A stretch of DNA of 64,000 bases from Dehalococcoidia bacterium (GTDB lineage Bacteria; Chloroflexota; Dehalococcoidia; UBA2979): positions 77,016-141,015 of the forward strand of contig JACKCJ010000001.1 of the NCBI GenBank assembly GCA_020634075.1, in the 5' to 3' direction. Positions within the stretch are counted from its first letter, which is position 1, and each line of letters opens with the position of its first letter. Both the position numbers and the translations under genes were made by a program. This document shows positions 26,950-35,992 of this stretch, piece after piece. The notes below the pieces were generated by a model. The model saw only the letters and a program-made list of their open reading frames with translations. It was not told the origin of the DNA and did no database searches.

Positions 26950-26994
26950 CGTCGGCTCCCGTCCGCCGGCCCTGCCCGATCGATGGTAGGCCCG

Positions 26995-27858
26995 CTACCA
27001 GAGCGTGACGCGACCGCCGAGCTCCATCGGGACCACCTCGACGCCCGGCGTAACCCGATCGAGTTCGTCGAGCACCGGGGTGAGGTCCGTTATGTCAGGA
27101 GCGCCCTCGATGCCGGCGAAGTTGTCGTGGTGCCCGAGGATGACGCGACGCGGGCGCAGCAGCTCGCACTCGCGCACGATGAAGTCCTCCACGGAGCCCT
27201 GGATCGGCTCGCCGTCGATGTTCCCGCGTCCGGCCGCGGCGAGCAGGGCGACATCGGGATTGAGGTGGGCGTACAGCCCCGTCCAGTACCCCATCGAGTC
27301 CTGGAAGAGGATCGTGCCCTCCGGCGTTTCGATCAGGAAGTCGAGCGGGCCGCCGGTGCTCGAGGAGTTCGCCATCCCGGCGTAGAACGCCTCGCCCCGC
27401 GCGGCGCGTCGGGCGTTCAGCCGCTCCAGCTTCTCGTTCTCCGTCGTCCCGTAGTCACCGAAGACGGGCTTCCCGGGAGCGGCGGCGCGCGTCCAGATGC
27501 AGGAGTGGAGGCTCGGATAGACGCGGACGGTGACGTCGTCGTTCAGCCGGAAGCGCTCGCCACCCTGCGCCGTCCAGAGCTGCTCCTCGGCGACGCCCCG
27601 CTCGCGGAGGACACGCGCCGACTCATGCGATGCGATGACCGTGGCGCCCGTCCGGTTCGCGATGACGTCCGCGCCGGCGAGGTGATCCCAGTGCGCGTGT
27701 CCGACGAGGGCGAAGTCCGCCTCCGCGACGTCACCCGTGGTCATGCCGACGGCGGGCGAGGCGTCCGGGCGGTCCATGTACGTATCGAGGAACACGACCA
27801 GGCCGTTGATGGTCAGCCGATACGTGGCGCAGCCATACCAGTCGAGCGTGATCGTCAT
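26995..27858 (-). CDS. MBL-fold metallo-hydrolase
   Basis: Internal ATG at 27858 with a GGAGG RBS. HxHxDH motif (VGHAHWDHLAG). The longer ORF back to 28149 is Arg-rich and non-protein-like. Confidence 0.7.
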   Translation of the reverse strand: MTITLDWYGCATYRLTINGLVVFLDTYMDRPDASPAVGMTTGDVAEADFALVGHAHWDHLAGADVIANRTGATVIASHESARVLRERGVAEEQLWTAQGGERFRLNDDVTVRVYPSLHSCIWTRAAAPGKPVFGDYGTTENEKLERLNARRAARGEAFYAGMANSSSTGGPLDFLIETPEGTILFQDSMGYWTGLYAHLNPDVALLAAAGRGNIDGEPIQGSVEDFIVRECELLRPRRVILGHHDNFAGIEGAPDITDLTPVLDELDRVTPGVEVVPMELGGRVTLW

Positions 27859-27935
27859 GCACCCCTCCTCGCTTCCGAGAGCGGGCGCATGGTAGTCCGG
27901 GGCGGTTCCCCTTGCCGGGGAGCGGCCGTTCCGAG

Positions 27936-28130
27936 CTAGTCCTTGATGCGGGCTTCTTCGCGCACGGGCGAGCCGTTGTCGAAGAACGAGACGAACGCCG
28001 CGCCGAGGGCCGCGGTCAGGCCCAGCGGCTTGAAGACGGAGCAGTCGACGGCGCCGAGCGCGCAGCCGGCGAACGACAGCAGCGCCACGCCAAAGAGAGC
28101 GATCCAGATCCGGTTCGGGGTAAGGGCCAT
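27936..28130 (-). CDS. small membrane protein (64 aa, 2 predicted TM)
   Basis: Strong RBS (GCGAGGAGGCTCCG-ATG) and two hydrophobic helices. No known family. Confidence 0.4.
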   Translation of the reverse strand: MALTPNRIWIALFGVALLSFAGCALGAVDCSVFKPLGLTAALGAAFVSFFDNGSPVREEARIKD

Positions 28131-28263
28131 CGGAGCCTCCTCGCTTCATCCCATCATACCCACTTCATGCGGGCATCCGAGGCCTATCCGCATCGTTATC
28201 ATCCGTCCGCCCCCACCACCTCGGCGGGGACGGGCATCCGACCGCAGGAACGGGGAAGAGCAG

Positions 28264-29193
28264 ATGGCGAAGCATCTCGAAGGCAAGGTGGCGATCGTGA
28301 CCGGGGCCGGTCGCGGCATCGGACGGGGGATCGCCCTCGAGCTGGGGCGACAGGGCGCGAAGGTCATCGTGAACGACCTCGGGGCGACCGTGGAAGGCCA
28401 GAGCAGCGACGAGACGCCGGCGCAGGAGGTGGTGAACCAGATCCGCGCCGAAGGCGGCACGGCCGAGGCGAACTACGCCGACGTCGCGGACCACCAGCAG
28501 GCCGAGGACCTGGTTCGGCAGGCGCTGACGACCTACCAGGGCCTGGACATCCTCATCAACGTCGCGGGCATCCTCCGCGAGCGCATGATCTTCAACATGA
28601 CCGAGGAGGAGTGGGACGCCGTCATCCGGGTGCACCTCAAGGGCACCTACAACACGACGCACTTCGCCTCGATCCACTGGCGGACCGAGCGCAAGGGCGG
28701 CTACCGGCTGATCAACTTCTCCAGCACGGCCGGCATCAACGGCTCGCCCGGGCAGCCGAACTACGCCGCCGCGAAGGCCGGCCTCATCGGCTTCACGAAG
28801 TCCTGCGCGAACGCCCTCGCCCGCTACGGGGTGACCGCGAACGCGATCGCGCCGGGCGCCGCGACCCGCATGACGGACCGAGGCCTGCGCAACCGCGACA
28901 ACATGCGCCAGGGCATCGCCGAGAGCGAGAACGTCGAGGGCTCGGAGCGTGACCCTGAGAACGTGGCGCCCGGCGTCGTGTTCCTCTGCACCGATGCCGC
29001 CGAGAACATCTCCGGCCGCACGGTCGGGATCTCCGGCTACCGGATCACGCTTTACAGCGACATGGTGCCGGAGCGCGAGATCTACGGGACGCAACGCTGG
29101 GAGATGGACGACCTCGTCGAGCGCCTGCCGCAGACCGTCTTCCACGGCCTGGTGCCGCCCTCCGGCGACCGACCGGGCGGTGGCGGCGCGTAG
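28264..29193 (+). CDS. SDR-family oxidoreductase
   Basis: NAD(P)-binding TGAGRGIGRGIA motif, NVAGI motif and the catalytic YAAAKAG motif. RBS GGGGAAGAG. Confidence 0.8.
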   Translation: MAKHLEGKVAIVTGAGRGIGRGIALELGRQGAKVIVNDLGATVEGQSSDETPAQEVVNQIRAEGGTAEANYADVADHQQAEDLVRQALTTYQGLDILINVAGILRERMIFNMTEEEWDAVIRVHLKGTYNTTHFASIHWRTERKGGYRLINFSSTAGINGSPGQPNYAAAKAGLIGFTKSCANALARYGVTANAIAPGAATRMTDRGLRNRDNMRQGIAESENVEGSERDPENVAPGVVFLCTDAAENISGRTVGISGYRITLYSDMVPEREIYGTQRWEMDDLVERLPQTVFHGLVPPSGDRPGGGGA

Positions 29194-29216
29194 CCATCGA
29201 GGGCGTCAGCACGAGC

Positions 29217-29240
29217 GAGGCCGGGCTTTCGCCCGGCCTC
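29217..29240 (+). terminator. intrinsic terminator hairpin between the convergent SDR and lipoprotein genes
   Basis: Perfect 10-bp stem GAGGCCGGGC-TTTC-GCCCGGCCTC followed by GUGUCGUCUCGUCUC. Confidence 0.55.
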
Positions 29241-29267
29241 GTGTCGTCTCGTCTCGGAAGTTGGCGC

Positions 29268-30320
29268 CTAGAAGCCGCAGCCGTCGAACGAGTAGGTGAC
29301 GTTCGCGTGACCAGCCGCGACCGCACGATCGCGGAACACCCTGAGCGACGGGTTCCCGTCGAAGAAGTCGAACTTCGGCTCGACCTCGGGCGAGCCGGGG
29401 ACGCCGAAGACGTACGCCGCGAAGCTCTCCGCGAAGTCCTCTTCGGGGTTCGTCGCCGCGTAGGCGCCGAGGAACTCCGGCGACGCCGCGCAGCGGTCAT
29501 CCGCCGCGCCCTGGTCGTCCTGGTTGTCGACGTCGATCTCGTCGATGTAGTCGCTCCAGAAGGCCTCGATCCACGCCCACATGAACGAGTCGTCCTCGTA
29601 GCAGCCGTTGCCTTCGAAGTAGGTGTCGCAGGCCTCGGCGTCCGTCTCGCGGTCGAGCTGAGGCGTGGTCGCCGTGTAGATGTGCGTGAACTCGTGCGCC
29701 ATCGTGAGAAGCAGCTCGGTCTCGTCCGCCTCGGACGCGTTGAGGTTCACCGTCATCTGGAAGACGTTGGCGCCGTCGTACGAGTCGAACGGCGAGACGT
29801 AGGCGAGGGTGTCGCCGTCCGGCCCGGCGTCGTACCCGGCGAAGAGCACGAGGTCGCCGAGGTCGTCGGCCGTGGCGACGACGCCGAGCACCTCCCATGC
29901 GTGGACGAGCCGCGGGTCTTCCTCGCCGAAGCAGATCGCGCCGAGCTTCCCGTCCACGACGAAGTACGCGGAGGTGAAGGCGTCGATGACGTCCGCCGAC
30001 TGCCCGGCCGCGATGTCCTCGAGGGCACACGACACGTCTTCGCGCGAACCGGGGACGGCCGCGTCCAGCGGGCGGTCCTCGTCCTTGTCCTCGGCATCTG
30101 CCTCGTCGGCGTCCGCCTCGTCGGTCGCCGTGGCGGACGCGTCGACGTCCTCGCGGGCATCGGTGGCGGACGCCTCGGTCGTCGAGTCGGCCTGCTCGGC
30201 CGCGACGACATCCTCGCCGTCTTCCTCCTCGTCATCGCCGCCGCCGCAGGCGACCAGGAGCAGCATCGTGCTCAGGAGCAGGAGCGTCAGAAGGAACGGG
30301 ATCCGTAGGGCGCGCAACAT
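29268..30320 (-). CDS. lipoprotein with a HExxH zinc-metallopeptidase-like motif
   Basis: Signal peptide with lipobox (LLLVACGG), a ~70-aa poly-acidic D/E/A/T linker, and an AHEFTH motif. Internal ATG at 30320 chosen. Confidence 0.6.
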   Translation of the reverse strand: MLRALRIPFLLTLLLLSTMLLLVACGGGDDEEEDGEDVVAAEQADSTTEASATDAREDVDASATATDEADADEADAEDKDEDRPLDAAVPGSREDVSCALEDIAAGQSADVIDAFTSAYFVVDGKLGAICFGEEDPRLVHAWEVLGVVATADDLGDLVLFAGYDAGPDGDTLAYVSPFDSYDGANVFQMTVNLNASEADETELLLTMAHEFTHIYTATTPQLDRETDAEACDTYFEGNGCYEDDSFMWAWIEAFWSDYIDEIDVDNQDDQGAADDRCAASPEFLGAYAATNPEEDFAESFAAYVFGVPGSPEVEPKFDFFDGNPSLRVFRDRAVAAGHANVTYSFDGCGF

Positions 30321-30513
30321 CCACCTCTTGCCAGGGGCAGTCAGCCACCGACAGGACGAGCCGGCACCCAACCAACCGGGAATTGTGAGCGCCGAGTATG
30401 CCCCGACCGGGACCTAGGGGGGAGGCGGGAGACTGACGAACGGCTGCGGAATGGACGGCACGCAGTGCAGCCGGATCGGCGCCTTCCACCGAGGTGGACC
30501 GACCACGAACAAC

Positions 30514-30535
30514 GAGCCGGGCAACTGCCCGGCTC
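30514..30535 (-). terminator. intrinsic terminator downstream of the nuoF-like gene
   Basis: GAGCCGGGC-AACT-GCCCGGCTC hairpin about 25 nt past the stop codon on the minus strand. Confidence 0.5.
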
Positions 30536-30560
30536 GTCGCGTCCATCGTTGCCTCGAGGG

Positions 30561-32468
30561 CTAGGCCAGCGGGACGAGGCCCGGCTTCGGCGCCTTGGCG
30601 CGCTTGCCCATCACTTCCGGAGCGACGTCGAAACATGCGCCGCAGCGGATGCACGCCTCGTCGATGACGCGGCGGCGACCAGGCTCACCCTGGATGGCGG
30701 CCGTCGGGCAGATGTCGGCCGCGGCGGCCGCCTGCTCCTCCGGGCGCTGGTGGGCCACATAGACCTCGTACATGCCCTTGAGCGTGAGCGTCGGGTCGAC
30801 GCCCAGCAGAGCCGCCTCGAAGTCGTTCTTGAAGTGGACACGCGTGTTGCGCGTGATCTTCGGGCTGAACTGGCCGTGCACGCAGTTGGAGAACTGCACG
30901 GTGCGGTCGATCAGCGCGAGGTTCGGGTCGTCCTCGCGGCGGCCCTCCCCGTCGATGATGCGACGGATGATCTCGGTCTGTCGCTGGTTGCCGCCGTGGC
31001 AGGTGGTGCAGCGGCCGCAGGACTCTTCCTCGACGAACGCGGCGAGCGCCTCGGTCATCACGAGGACACTCGTCTGGTCGTTCATGAAGACCATGCCGCC
31101 GCCGCCCATGATGGCGTCCCACGGGCTGAAGGAGTCCGGCTGCAGGATCAGCTTCGGGAGCGCCTCGGGCGGCAGGAGCGAGCCCAGCGGCCCGCCCGAC
31201 TGGATGGCCTTCAGCTGTCCACCCTGGATGCCGCCACAGACGCGGAGACAGTCCTCGAGGCGGGTCGCGAACGGGACTTCCATGAACCCGACGCGCGGGA
31301 TGTCACCGGAGAACGAGAAGATCTTCGTCCCGGACGCCTTGTCCGAACCGTGCTCCCGGTACCACTCGGAGTTGTGCTGGATGATCAGCGGGACGTTCGC
31401 GAAGGACTCGACGTTGTTCACGTTCGAAGGCTTGTTGAACACACCGCGCTGCGCCGGGAACGGCGGCTTCACGCGCGGCATGCCGCGAGAGTCCTGGATC
31501 GAGGAGAGCAGGCCCGTCTCCTCGCCACAGACGTACGCGCCGGCGCCGCGGACGACGCGGAGGCGGAACTCCATGCCCGTGCCCAGCACGTCGTCGCCGA
31601 GGATGCCCGCAGCCTCCGCCTCCTTGATGGCGCGCTCCATGCGCTCCACCGAGAACGGGTACTCGTCCCGGAGGTAGATGAAGCCGACCTTCGCCTTGGT
31701 GGCGTAGCCGCCGATGAGCATGCCCTCGATCAGGAGGTGCGGGTCGCCCTCCATGACCACGCGGTTCACCCACGCGCCCGGGTCGCCCTCGTCGGCGTTG
31801 CAGACCATGTAGTGCTCGTCGCCGGCGGCGCCGAAGAGGAAGTTCCACTTCACGCCGGTCGGGAAGTTCGCGCCGCCGCGGCCGGTGAGGCCGGCGTCGT
31901 TCAGCTGGTTACGGACGGCCTCCTCGGAGAGGTGCCGGCCGAGCATGCGCGCGGTCGCGCGGTAGCCGTCACGCGCGATGTAGTGCAGAAGGTTGTCCGG
32001 GTCGGTCAGGCCGAGGTTCCGCATCAGCCGGCGCTCGCGCGGCTCAAGGCTGAAGAACTCGTGGTCACGGATCGAGGGGACGCCCTCGTGGGTGCCGGTG
32101 ATCATGCCGATGCGGATGTCCGCTGCCGCGCCCCACGTCCCGGTCGCCTCGTCGACGATGCGGCCCGCGTCCTCCGGACGCACGGGGCCGTAGAGCACGG
32201 TCTCGCCGTTCGGGAACGTGATCTGGACGCTGGGGTGGATCCACTGCATGCCGTAGCCGTGGACCTGGCCCATGTCGACGGCGGCGTTCCGCTCCGAGAT
32301 CACCCGGTGGATCGCGATGCCGGTCGCCCGGGCCCCGTTCGCGAGGCTCGAGGTGTCCATGGCGATGTCGATGCGCGGCCGCTCGGGGTTACGCCACGCG
32401 GCGTACTCGGCGTCGGCGCGCTCGCGGAGGGCGTCGTACTTCTGGAGTGCGATGTCCGACTCAGGCAT
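30561..32468 (-). CDS. NADH-binding FMN/Fe-S subunit, NuoF / formate-dehydrogenase-beta (FdsB)-like, with a C-terminal 2x[4Fe-4S] ferredoxin domain
   Basis: NuoF core motifs: NAD binding (GRGGANFPTGVKW), FMN site (ADEGDPGA), SLBB domain and 4Fe-4S cluster (ESCGRCTTC). Extra Cys-free N-terminal ~100 aa like FdsB. C-terminal CIRCGAC ferredoxin domain. Confidence 0.85.
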   Translation of the reverse strand: MPESDIALQKYDALRERADAEYAAWRNPERPRIDIAMDTSSLANGARATGIAIHRVISERNAAVDMGQVHGYGMQWIHPSVQITFPNGETVLYGPVRPEDAGRIVDEATGTWGAAADIRIGMITGTHEGVPSIRDHEFFSLEPRERRLMRNLGLTDPDNLLHYIARDGYRATARMLGRHLSEEAVRNQLNDAGLTGRGGANFPTGVKWNFLFGAAGDEHYMVCNADEGDPGAWVNRVVMEGDPHLLIEGMLIGGYATKAKVGFIYLRDEYPFSVERMERAIKEAEAAGILGDDVLGTGMEFRLRVVRGAGAYVCGEETGLLSSIQDSRGMPRVKPPFPAQRGVFNKPSNVNNVESFANVPLIIQHNSEWYREHGSDKASGTKIFSFSGDIPRVGFMEVPFATRLEDCLRVCGGIQGGQLKAIQSGGPLGSLLPPEALPKLILQPDSFSPWDAIMGGGGMVFMNDQTSVLVMTEALAAFVEEESCGRCTTCHGGNQRQTEIIRRIIDGEGRREDDPNLALIDRTVQFSNCVHGQFSPKITRNTRVHFKNDFEAALLGVDPTLTLKGMYEVYVAHQRPEEQAAAAADICPTAAIQGEPGRRRVIDEACIRCGACFDVAPEVMGKRAKAPKPGLVPLA

Positions 32469-33006
32469 TGATCGCCCCGTCCAGGTCTGAACCGTCGCGG
32501 AGTGCGCGCGCCATGCGGACGGCGCGGGCGGCGTTCATGTTGCCCACCGGCGTCTGCGTCGGGCCGTGCTCGCCGTGCTGCTCGAGCCACACCATCGGAG
32601 CCAGCTCACAGCACCCGTTGCACTGGCCGAGCACCATGCCGACGCGGCCGTCCTCGGTCTGCTCGTGGAGCTCCTCCATGCCGAGCGTCACGAGCATCGC
32701 GTCGCGGATGCCGTTGGAGTTGCGGAGGCGGCACGCCGGGCCCGAGCACCAGCGGACGGTGGTCTGAGCCGGCGGGTGGAAGCGGAACTCGTCGTAGAAC
32801 GACGCCGCCCCGTAGAGGATCGAGGGGAACATATCGAGTTGCTCGGCGATGACCTCGAGCGATTCCTTGCTCAGGTAGCCGAACTCGTGCTGGACCCGGT
32901 GGAGGGCCGTCATCATGTCGCCGTTGTTCGGACGCAGGTCCGCGACGAGCGCCCGCACGCGGGCTTTGGCTTCGGTCTCCAGCGGCATGGGCAGCCTCTC
33001 GACCAC
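32461..33006 (-). CDS. NuoE / FdsG-like thioredoxin-fold [2Fe-2S] subunit
   Basis: Cys pattern WCSGPACRL ... GQCNGCCELAP of the 24-kDa subunit family. Its 3' end overlaps the nuoF-like start by 8 nt. Confidence 0.8.
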   Translation of the reverse strand: MVERLPMPLETEAKARVRALVADLRPNNGDMMTALHRVQHEFGYLSKESLEVIAEQLDMFPSILYGAASFYDEFRFHPPAQTTVRWCSGPACRLRNSNGIRDAMLVTLGMEELHEQTEDGRVGMVLGQCNGCCELAPMVWLEQHGEHGPTQTPVGNMNAARAVRMARALRDGSDLDGAINA

Positions 33007-33137
33007 ACGAGGCGCATCGGCCCCGTGTCCATCACGAAACGCCCTCTTCGGGCTCCCCGCAATCTACCGCAGGTACACCCTCGGGCCAAGACGAGGTCCG
33101 AGGAGCTTCAGGACGCACCGATGTCGGATCTCGAGGC

Positions 33138-33332
33138 CTACTTCGACTTTCGTCCGAACGCGCCGAGGAATGGCGATCCCGCCCCGAGCATGAAGCCGAA
33201 GTCGTACCAGTTGCCGCTCCGCAGGACGTTGTAGAGCGGGAACTCCTTCCACGCGCCGAACACGTGGACGATGAGCACGATCCACGCCGTCAGGCCGTTC
33301 CAGGCGCCCCAGAGGAAGTCCTGCCACCACAT
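33138..33332 (-). CDS. small aromatic-rich membrane protein (64 aa from the internal ATG; GTG at 33356 would give 72 aa)
   Basis: GGAGG sits 8 nt upstream of the ATG at 33332. Two hydrophobic segments. It lies between the FAD-oxidoreductase and nuoE-like genes. Family unknown. Confidence 0.35.
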   Translation of the reverse strand: MWWQDFLWGAWNGLTAWIVLIVHVFGAWKEFPLYNVLRSGNWYDFGFMLGAGSPFLGAFGRKSK

Positions 33333-33409
33333 GCGCCGCCTCCAGTGCCGCGTCACGCCCCGGTGAGCGGAGTATGAGGCACCTCGGACCGCGCGAGGTC
33401 AGGCCAAGG

Positions 33410-34807
33410 TCACGCGCCCGGAGGGACGGCGGCCCCGACTTCGCGCGGGTGGCCGGCGCCGGAGTGGTCGCTCTCGACGAGCTGCGCCACGCGCCGGCCC
33501 ATCCGCAGCGAGTAGTTCTGCCCACGGTCCTCGGGATAGATCTGCGTCGTGTTCGCGAGGTAGAGGCCGGGGATCGGCGAGCGATGCGGCGGGATGATCT
33601 CGTGGTACCCGACGCGGACGACCGGCTGGCCGGCGCGATCGCGGAACACCCACTGGTCCTGGATCCACGATCGCTCGAACTTCGGGTTGATGCGCTTCAG
33701 CCACGGCTCGTACAGGTCGAGGAGCTCCTCGACGCTCATCTGCGCCATCGGGTCATTCGGGCTCATGTAGTCCGAGAGGTAGACGATGTGCTTCCCGCCG
33801 TACGTCGAGGGCGGCAGGAAGTTCGTCTGTTCCACCGCGACGACGAACGGAGCATCGTCGTCGGTCATCGTCAGCCAGTAGATGTCCGACAACGCCCGGT
33901 CCAGCGTGATCACCACCACGGTCGCCCACTGGTACTGCACCGCGTCCAGCATCTGCGCATAGCGCTGTCCGGCAGCGCCGCTCGACTCAAGCTGCGGGAC
34001 GATCTTCCGGAACAGCCCCGACGGCGTCGTCGCGAGGATGGCGTCGGCGCGGTCCTCGCGACCGTCCTGGAGGCGCACACCCACGGCGCGACCGTCCTCC
34101 GTGATGACCTCCTGCACCGGCGCGCCGGCAGTCAGTGAGCCGCCGAGCTTCCGGCACGCCTCGACGAGGCCGTCGACGAGGCGCCCGAAGGAGCCCTTGA
34201 GGTAGCCCAGCTGCTCCTTCGCGAGCAGCCCACCGATGATCGGCAGCCCGCCCTTCGGCCGCGAGGCGAAGCGCAGGTAGATCTTGCCCCAGAACCAGAC
34301 CATCGAGACGTCCTCGGCGTGCTCCGAGAACTTCGCCTTCAGGAGCGGGCCCCAGACGCGGTCGTAGCCCTCGCGACCGACGCGGGAGCGGATCCATTCG
34401 GCGGCCCGGGTGCCCTCGTAGCGACGGAAGTCGTGGATCCGGCGCAACCAGAGCGCCGTGAGGCCCAGGCGGAGGCGCGAGAAGAGCGAGACGCGGTCGA
34501 ACTTCAGCAGGTCGAGCGCACCGACGAACGGGTAGTTCTTGCCGGCGGCGTGGAGGCCGACGTTCGAGTCGATCCACTCCACGTCCTTCGCGAGGTCGAG
34601 CTCCTCGAGGACACGCACGGCCTCGTCGTCGGACTGGAAGAGGTGGTGGTAGAAGATCTCGAGGCGTTCGCCGCCGACCTCGAAGGTGCGGACCTGCCCG
34701 CCAAACTCCGGGCTGGCCTCGTAGAGCGCGACCTCGTGCCCGCGCTTGAGCAGCTCGTACGCCGCGCCGAGGCCGGCCATCCCGCCTCCGATAACGATCA
34801 CCTTCAT
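33410..34807 (-). CDS. FAD-dependent oxidoreductase, amine-oxidase / phytoene-desaturase (HpnE/CrtI/PPOX-like) superfamily
   Basis: N-terminal Rossmann fold (MKVIVIGGGMAGLGAAYEL...ALYEASPEFGGQVRT). Start overlaps the stop of the flippase-like gene by 4 nt. Confidence 0.75.
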   Translation of the reverse strand: MKVIVIGGGMAGLGAAYELLKRGHEVALYEASPEFGGQVRTFEVGGERLEIFYHHLFQSDDEAVRVLEELDLAKDVEWIDSNVGLHAAGKNYPFVGALDLLKFDRVSLFSRLRLGLTALWLRRIHDFRRYEGTRAAEWIRSRVGREGYDRVWGPLLKAKFSEHAEDVSMVWFWGKIYLRFASRPKGGLPIIGGLLAKEQLGYLKGSFGRLVDGLVEACRKLGGSLTAGAPVQEVITEDGRAVGVRLQDGREDRADAILATTPSGLFRKIVPQLESSGAAGQRYAQMLDAVQYQWATVVVITLDRALSDIYWLTMTDDDAPFVVAVEQTNFLPPSTYGGKHIVYLSDYMSPNDPMAQMSVEELLDLYEPWLKRINPKFERSWIQDQWVFRDRAGQPVVRVGYHEIIPPHRSPIPGLYLANTTQIYPEDRGQNYSLRMGRRVAQLVESDHSGAGHPREVGAAVPPGA

Positions 34808-35928
34808 GCGTCCACCTTCGAGGGTTCAGCGATGCGCGCGCCGTCTCCGGGCGTCCCCGCGCCGGCCGGCGGCTCCGGGTCACCCTCGGCGATCTCATCC
34901 GCATCGGGCGTCAGGGTCTTGAGTCCGAGGTCCTGCCGCCAGATGAGGAGCAGGCCGATGATGGCGACGGGCACGAGGATCGTCGCGTGCAGGACGAGGG
35001 CGTAGGCCGTACCCGTCGCGGCCGGCACGCCGAAGCGTCCGACGACCTCGCGGGCGAAGTACTCGTACGGACCGATGCCACCGGAGGTGCTCGGGGCCGC
35101 CATCGAGAGGTTCGCGGCGCCACAGACGCCGAAGTAGATGCCGATGTCGAGGCCCAGGCCGAACGCTTCGCCGACGGCCCAGCACGAGAGCGCTTCCAGC
35201 GCCCACGAGAGCGTGGTCAGGCTCGTCACGACGACCCACGCCCGCCCGGTGCGCATCGGGGCGAGGCCGGACATGAACCGGTCCGCCCAGCCCTCGGCGC
35301 GCTCACGGATGCGTCCGGGCAGCAGGCGCAGCCCGAAGGCGGTCAGCCGCGCCCCGAAGACGGGGCGCGTGGCGAGCAGCACGATGATCGCCGTCAGCAC
35401 GATGAACGCGCCGCCAACGAGCGCGGCGAAGATCTGGAGCGGCGTCGTGCCTCCCGCGAGCGCGATCGTCGCCGCGAGGAAGATCGCCAGCACCAGGCCA
35501 TCCAGGATCCGCTCGACGAGGATCGTGGCGAGGACGGCGAAGCCGGAGATGCCGCGCTGACGCTTCAGGAGCACCGCGCGGACGATCTCGCCGGTGCGGG
35601 CCGGGAGCACGTTGTTCGCGGCGAGCCCGATCGTCATCAGCGACGCGGCCTCGGTCTGGCTCAGCGGCGCGATGGGCTTGAGGATGGCCGCCCAGCGCTG
35701 CGCCCGCACCCACACGCTCGCCCCAAACAGGAGCAACGACACGGTGATCCAGGCGGGCGAGACGCCGGCGAGCGCGTCCATGAGCTCGTTGCCATCGACC
35801 TGCCGGAGGAGCAGGACGAGGAACACGAGGCTGACCCCGAGGCCCAGGATGATGCGGAGGTGGCGCACGGTGCTTCGGTCTCTCAGCTCATCGCGCGCCG
35901 GTAGCTCGCACCGGCACGCCGCCGGCAC
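34804..35928 (-). CDS. lysylphosphatidylglycerol-synthase-TM-domain / UPF0104 'flippase-like' membrane protein
   Basis: 8 predicted TM helices with the TIGR00374-like NNVLPARTGE motif. The start may be an internal GTG. Confidence 0.7.
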   Translation of the reverse strand: MPAACRCELPARDELRDRSTVRHLRIILGLGVSLVFLVLLLRQVDGNELMDALAGVSPAWITVSLLLFGASVWVRAQRWAAILKPIAPLSQTEAASLMTIGLAANNVLPARTGEIVRAVLLKRQRGISGFAVLATILVERILDGLVLAIFLAATIALAGGTTPLQIFAALVGGAFIVLTAIIVLLATRPVFGARLTAFGLRLLPGRIRERAEGWADRFMSGLAPMRTGRAWVVVTSLTTLSWALEALSCWAVGEAFGLGLDIGIYFGVCGAANLSMAAPSTSGGIGPYEYFAREVVGRFGVPAATGTAYALVLHATILVPVAIIGLLLIWRQDLGLKTLTPDADEIAEGDPEPPAGAGTPGDGARIAEPSKVDA

Positions 35929-35992
35929 CGCGAGCTGAACGCGGGTACGTACTCACCCGATCCAGTGTGGGTCATACTCGCCGCCAGCGTCA

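Noticed and set aside
26215-27939. 574-aa plus-strand ORF
   Set aside because: Antisense to the DinB and MBL genes, with a low-complexity translation.
30465-32471. 668-aa plus-strand ORF
   Set aside because: Antisense to the NuoF-like gene and lacking motifs. The NuoF-like frame has NAD/FMN/Fe-S motifs.
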